Source: Thermodesulfobacteriota bacterium
GTDB lineage: Bacteria; Desulfobacterota; WTBG01; JAGOGO01
DNA length: 64,000 nt
Reading direction: 5' to 3'
Assembly: GCA_026625185.1 (NCBI GenBank)
Contig: CP113000.1
Span: 1,623,161 to 1,687,160 of the forward strand
Part shown: positions 59,141 through 64,000 of the stretch, in pieces
How positions within the stretch are numbered: position 1 is the first letter of the stretch
Layout of the letters: the number at the start of each line of letters is the position of its first letter
Notes under the pieces: generated by a model
Seen by the model: only the letters and a program-made list of their open reading frames with translations
Database searches by the model: none
What the model was told of the DNA's origin: nothing
Program-made: the position numbers and the translations under genes

Positions 59141-59725
59141 ATGCGTATTAGCATTCTTGCCATTGCAATGATCGGTGGTCTCGTTGTTGGTAACGCCTCA
59201 GGACAATGCCCGACCCCTGGAGCCCCACAGGCGAACATAAGTCAAATCGAAGCAGGGGAATATAAGGTTGTGTTCGTCGCAACCAACGGGAGATGGGAGG
59301 GTGAAATAGCATCTGGTACCCTGGTTCTTCGCAAAACCTCCCCTTATGACCGCTCACCCCGAACAGGAGAAAAAGCCCAGGATCATCAGATTGCTCCGCT
59401 ATTCGGTTGGCTTGATGCCGATCTGTCGAGTGTTGGCGCACCAATTATGCCCGATAAGGTTGTGCCTTCGCCACAATCTCGAGACCCTGTCTACCCTGGA
59501 GTCCTTGTGCTTTCAATCGATTGGGGAAAAGACTATCCGCCGGGCACGCCTGTTTTGACAGTTTCAACCCTATCCAATCTTAGAAATGGCATACTATGGA
59601 CAGATGGTGCGGGTATAGGACTCTGGGTTCACTCCGTGACCCCTGAAGGTTTTTCCGGCCTGTGGCGAGAGTGGGGAATAGTTGTTGGCGGACGTGGCCA
59701 TTTCTGTGCAACGAAAACTAAATAG
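59141..59725 (+). CDS. Hypothetical secreted protein
   Basis: The 194-aa ORF has a signal peptide (MRISILAIAMIGGLVVGNASG) and a Gly/Pro-rich mature part. The RBS is weak. Confidence 0.4.
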   Translation: MRISILAIAMIGGLVVGNASGQCPTPGAPQANISQIEAGEYKVVFVATNGRWEGEIASGTLVLRKTSPYDRSPRTGEKAQDHQIAPLFGWLDADLSSVGAPIMPDKVVPSPQSRDPVYPGVLVLSIDWGKDYPPGTPVLTVSTLSNLRNGILWTDGAGIGLWVHSVTPEGFSGLWREWGIVVGGRGHFCATKTK

Positions 59726-60081
59726 GACTTAATAGCCATATGCACCGGATTAGCGAAATAAGGCGTTTCGCCTCCCGGTTATGCTGGCGTTAAACACGCA
59801 CTAAACTTGACCGCCTACCTCTATAATCCTGTTCTTTTCGAGGCATTGTAGGAATCGGCCACTTCGACAGGCTAATGGTGACACCTTAAAGATAACAGCA
59901 TCGAATGCTCAGAATACTAAACCGAGAATTTCTATAATGCGAAGAAGATAGTTGCCTAACTATCTTAAAATTCTAAAATTTTTTTACCTCAAATTTTTCC
60001 TTGGAAAAATAATTTGACAGCCCAAAAAAATAAAGTAACTTAAATTTATAACCTGGAATCATTCCGAATTGCAGAAAATCC

Positions 60082-60498
60082 ATGAAAACATCCATTATCA
60101 AAAAGATGAAGGAGCAGGGTTTTAAAATTACTCCCCAACGAGCAGCTATTATTGAGGTATTAGCTGACGAAACCCTGCACCATCCGGGAGCGAACGATAT
60201 TTATCGGCAGGCCAGAAAAAAAACTAAACGCCTGGGTTTATCCACCGTCTATGCTACGCTTAATGAACTTTGCCGGCTTGGCATAATCAAGATGTTGGAA
60301 TTTGATAAAAAGGAAAATCGTTATGAAGGAAATATTAACCCTCATATCAATTTGATTTGTAAAAATTGCAACCGGATTTTGGATTACAACCTTCCCGTTT
60401 CTATTGATCCCAAAGAATTTCTTAAAAAATCCCGATTTTGGGTTACGGACACGAGGCTTGAATACTACGGTTATTGCCGGGAGTGTAGAAAAAAATGA
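60082..60498 (+). CDS. perR: Fur-family regulator, probably peroxide-responsive (PerR-like)
   Basis: The ORF has a winged helix (KITPQRAAIIEVL), the structural CxxC...CxxC pair (CKNC...CREC) and His-rich regulatory site residues. It lies immediately upstream of katG. Confidence 0.65.
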   Translation: MKTSIIKKMKEQGFKITPQRAAIIEVLADETLHHPGANDIYRQARKKTKRLGLSTVYATLNELCRLGIIKMLEFDKKENRYEGNINPHINLICKNCNRILDYNLPVSIDPKEFLKKSRFWVTDTRLEYYGYCRECRKK

Positions 60499-60630
60499 GC
60501 ATTGATCAGATCGGGTTTTTTCAAAAGCAGAGGTTTCAAGCTGAAAGGATAATACGCTAATTTTTTGGCCTTTTTAACTGGAACCATTCCAGATTAACCA
60601 TTTTAGATAAATCAAACACGAAAGGAGTAG

Positions 60631-62799
<2,169 letters not shown>

Positions 62800-62942
62800 G
62801 GAGGGATAGGTTCGAGGAACGAGGGTTGAGGAGCGAGGTGTTGAATCGTGAAACGTAAAAACTAATAGTGCGCTATGCGCACCCTACGTAACTGCATGAA
62901 GTTTAGGCCACTCGCCAGCGGGGTGTGTTCTTTGATGAGAGA

Positions 62943-62985
62943 AGTTGTAGGGGCGACCGGCCGGTCGCCCCTACAACTATTTTTG
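62943..62985. terminator. Bidirectional intrinsic terminator between katG and the convergent TonB-dependent receptor gene
   Basis: A perfect 18-bp stem (AGTTGTAGGGGCGACCGG / CCGGTCGCCCCTACAACT) is followed by ATTTTTGG. Confidence 0.7.
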
Positions 62986-62986
62986 G

Positions 62987-64000
62987 TTAAAAAGAGAGCT
63001 TTACTCCTCCAAACGCGGAAATTCCCGCGGTATCGTAACCTTTTATTTCCTGATAGTGCTCGTTGAAAAGGTTTTCAATCCTCGAGAACAATTGAAAATG
63101 CTCATTGATGGTATAAGTCCCCGCAAGATCAACCCGGGTATAGGATTTTACCATTTCATTTTCGGGCCACCAGTAATTCAGCCGTCGTCCAATGTGATTC
63201 GCACTGAGCGTTGTCTGAAATTTTTTAAAAACATAATTGACCGACATACCGGCTTTGTTTTTCGGGCGGTTCAGCAACTGTCCACCATTTGTTTTATCTC
63301 TGGTTTCGGTGCGGGTATAGTTGGCAGAGATAGTGAGATTTTCTAAAGGATTAACAGCAACTTCAACTTCGTACCCTTTTGCTTTAGCTTTGTTTAGGTT
63401 TATATACGTACTGGTATAGTCAGGATAGGTGTAATAGGTTATGTAGTCTTCATAATCATTATGAAAATAAACAAAACTAAAACGGCATCGTTCATCAAAC
63501 AACGTTTGTTCTATGCCCACATCAAAGCTTTTACTTTCTTCAGGGTTGAGATTTGGGTTTCCCCCTAAAAACCCATAATCTACGATGGCCGGGGCATACA
63601 GCTGATAGAGGGTCGGAGCCTTGAAGCCGGTGCCCCAGGTTCCTTTAAATTTAGTGCCGGTTTGGTGGACAAGATACGCCAAAGCAACTTTATAGGTGGT
63701 TTCGGTCCCGAACATCTCGTGGTCATCAACGCGGACACCTCCGGTTAAAAAAAGCTGGTCGAACAGCTTGAGCTGGTTCTGAAAATACCAGGCTTTGTTG
63801 TCAATTGTTTTTTTGGGAAACACGGACACTCCCCAGTTGTCAGCATAAAATGATTCTCCGGTCTCTTCCTTGTATTCAAACCCCGCGGTGATCACGTCAA
63901 AATCGCCGAGATACCAGTTGTTCTGCCATTCACCTTTAATGTTTGACGCGTCATACCAGCCTTTGGCTGAATAGAAGGGTTCATGGTCGTCCGGTTTATC
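62987..64000 (-). CDS. TonB-dependent outer-membrane receptor, C-terminal beta-barrel part (5' end beyond window)
   Basis: Beta-barrel strand periodicity is visible, and the terminal aromatic residue (…GGVKLSF) fits the TBDT C-terminal signature. The frame stays open upstream to the window edge (…KGWYDASNIKGEWQNNWYLGDFDVITAGFEY). Confidence 0.7.
   Translation of the reverse strand, partial: DKPDDHEPFYSAKGWYDASNIKGEWQNNWYLGDFDVITAGFEYKEETGESFYADNWGVSVFPKKTIDNKAWYFQNQLKLFDQLFLTGGVRVDDHEMFGTETTYKVALAYLVHQTGTKFKGTWGTGFKAPTLYQLYAPAIVDYGFLGGNPNLNPEESKSFDVGIEQTLFDERCRFSFVYFHNDYEDYITYYTYPDYTSTYINLNKAKAKGYEVEVAVNPLENLTISANYTRTETRDKTNGGQLLNRPKNKAGMSVNYVFKKFQTTLSANHIGRRLNYWWPENEMVKSYTRVDLAGTYTINEHFQLFSRIENLFNEHYQEIKGYDTAGISAFGGVKLSF

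Overview
This 64-kb window reads as a mosaic chromosomal region from an anaerobic, probably deltaproteobacterial (Desulfobacterota-like), organism. GC content swings by hand count from about 23-35% (an island at 8.3-8.7 kb, and the fur-like gene) to about 57-65% (pqi, RND, katG). From the left it holds a 5'-truncated pyruvate kinase, glycogen phosphorylase, and a gpmA 3' remnant. A polyferredoxin plus tungsten-type aldehyde:ferredoxin oxidoreductase pair (AorA/AorB-like) follows. Next is a decayed accessory patch: an IS630 transposase remnant, a truncated ICMT-like methyltransferase, small orphan secreted proteins and an AT-rich island. After that come a GH13 and a GH63-like glycosidase operon, a NhaD/ArsB-type permease and an orphan amino-acid binding protein. 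Two paralogous lipid-trafficking clusters follow: pqiABC on the minus strand and a STAS-MlaE / MlaF / MlaD / PqiC-like operon on the plus strand. They flank a PAS-containing sigma-54 activator, and an Avd-like four-helix-bundle gene sits inside the second operon. The most striking region is a tight co-directional block at 29.7-40.3 kb. It contains a second AOR, a MoaD-like sulfur carrier, a single-chain EutB-EutC (ethanolamine ammonia-lyase) fusion carrying a signal-peptide-like N-terminus, a complete six-subunit Ech-type energy-converting [NiFe] hydrogenase (echABCDEF) and a small ferredoxin. Together these look like a compartment-free, ferredoxin-linked route from ethanolamine to acetate, NH3 and H2. 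Downstream are a CAX-antiporter remnant, a K+ channel, and two tandem paralogous RND tripartite efflux operons whose duplication captured fragments of both flanking genes. The window ends with trmB, mgtE, an M16 peptidase, a secreted hypothetical, a Fur-family (PerR-like) regulator with a GC-discordant katG, and the 3' part of a TonB-dependent receptor. I found no rRNA, tRNA or CRISPR array by eye.
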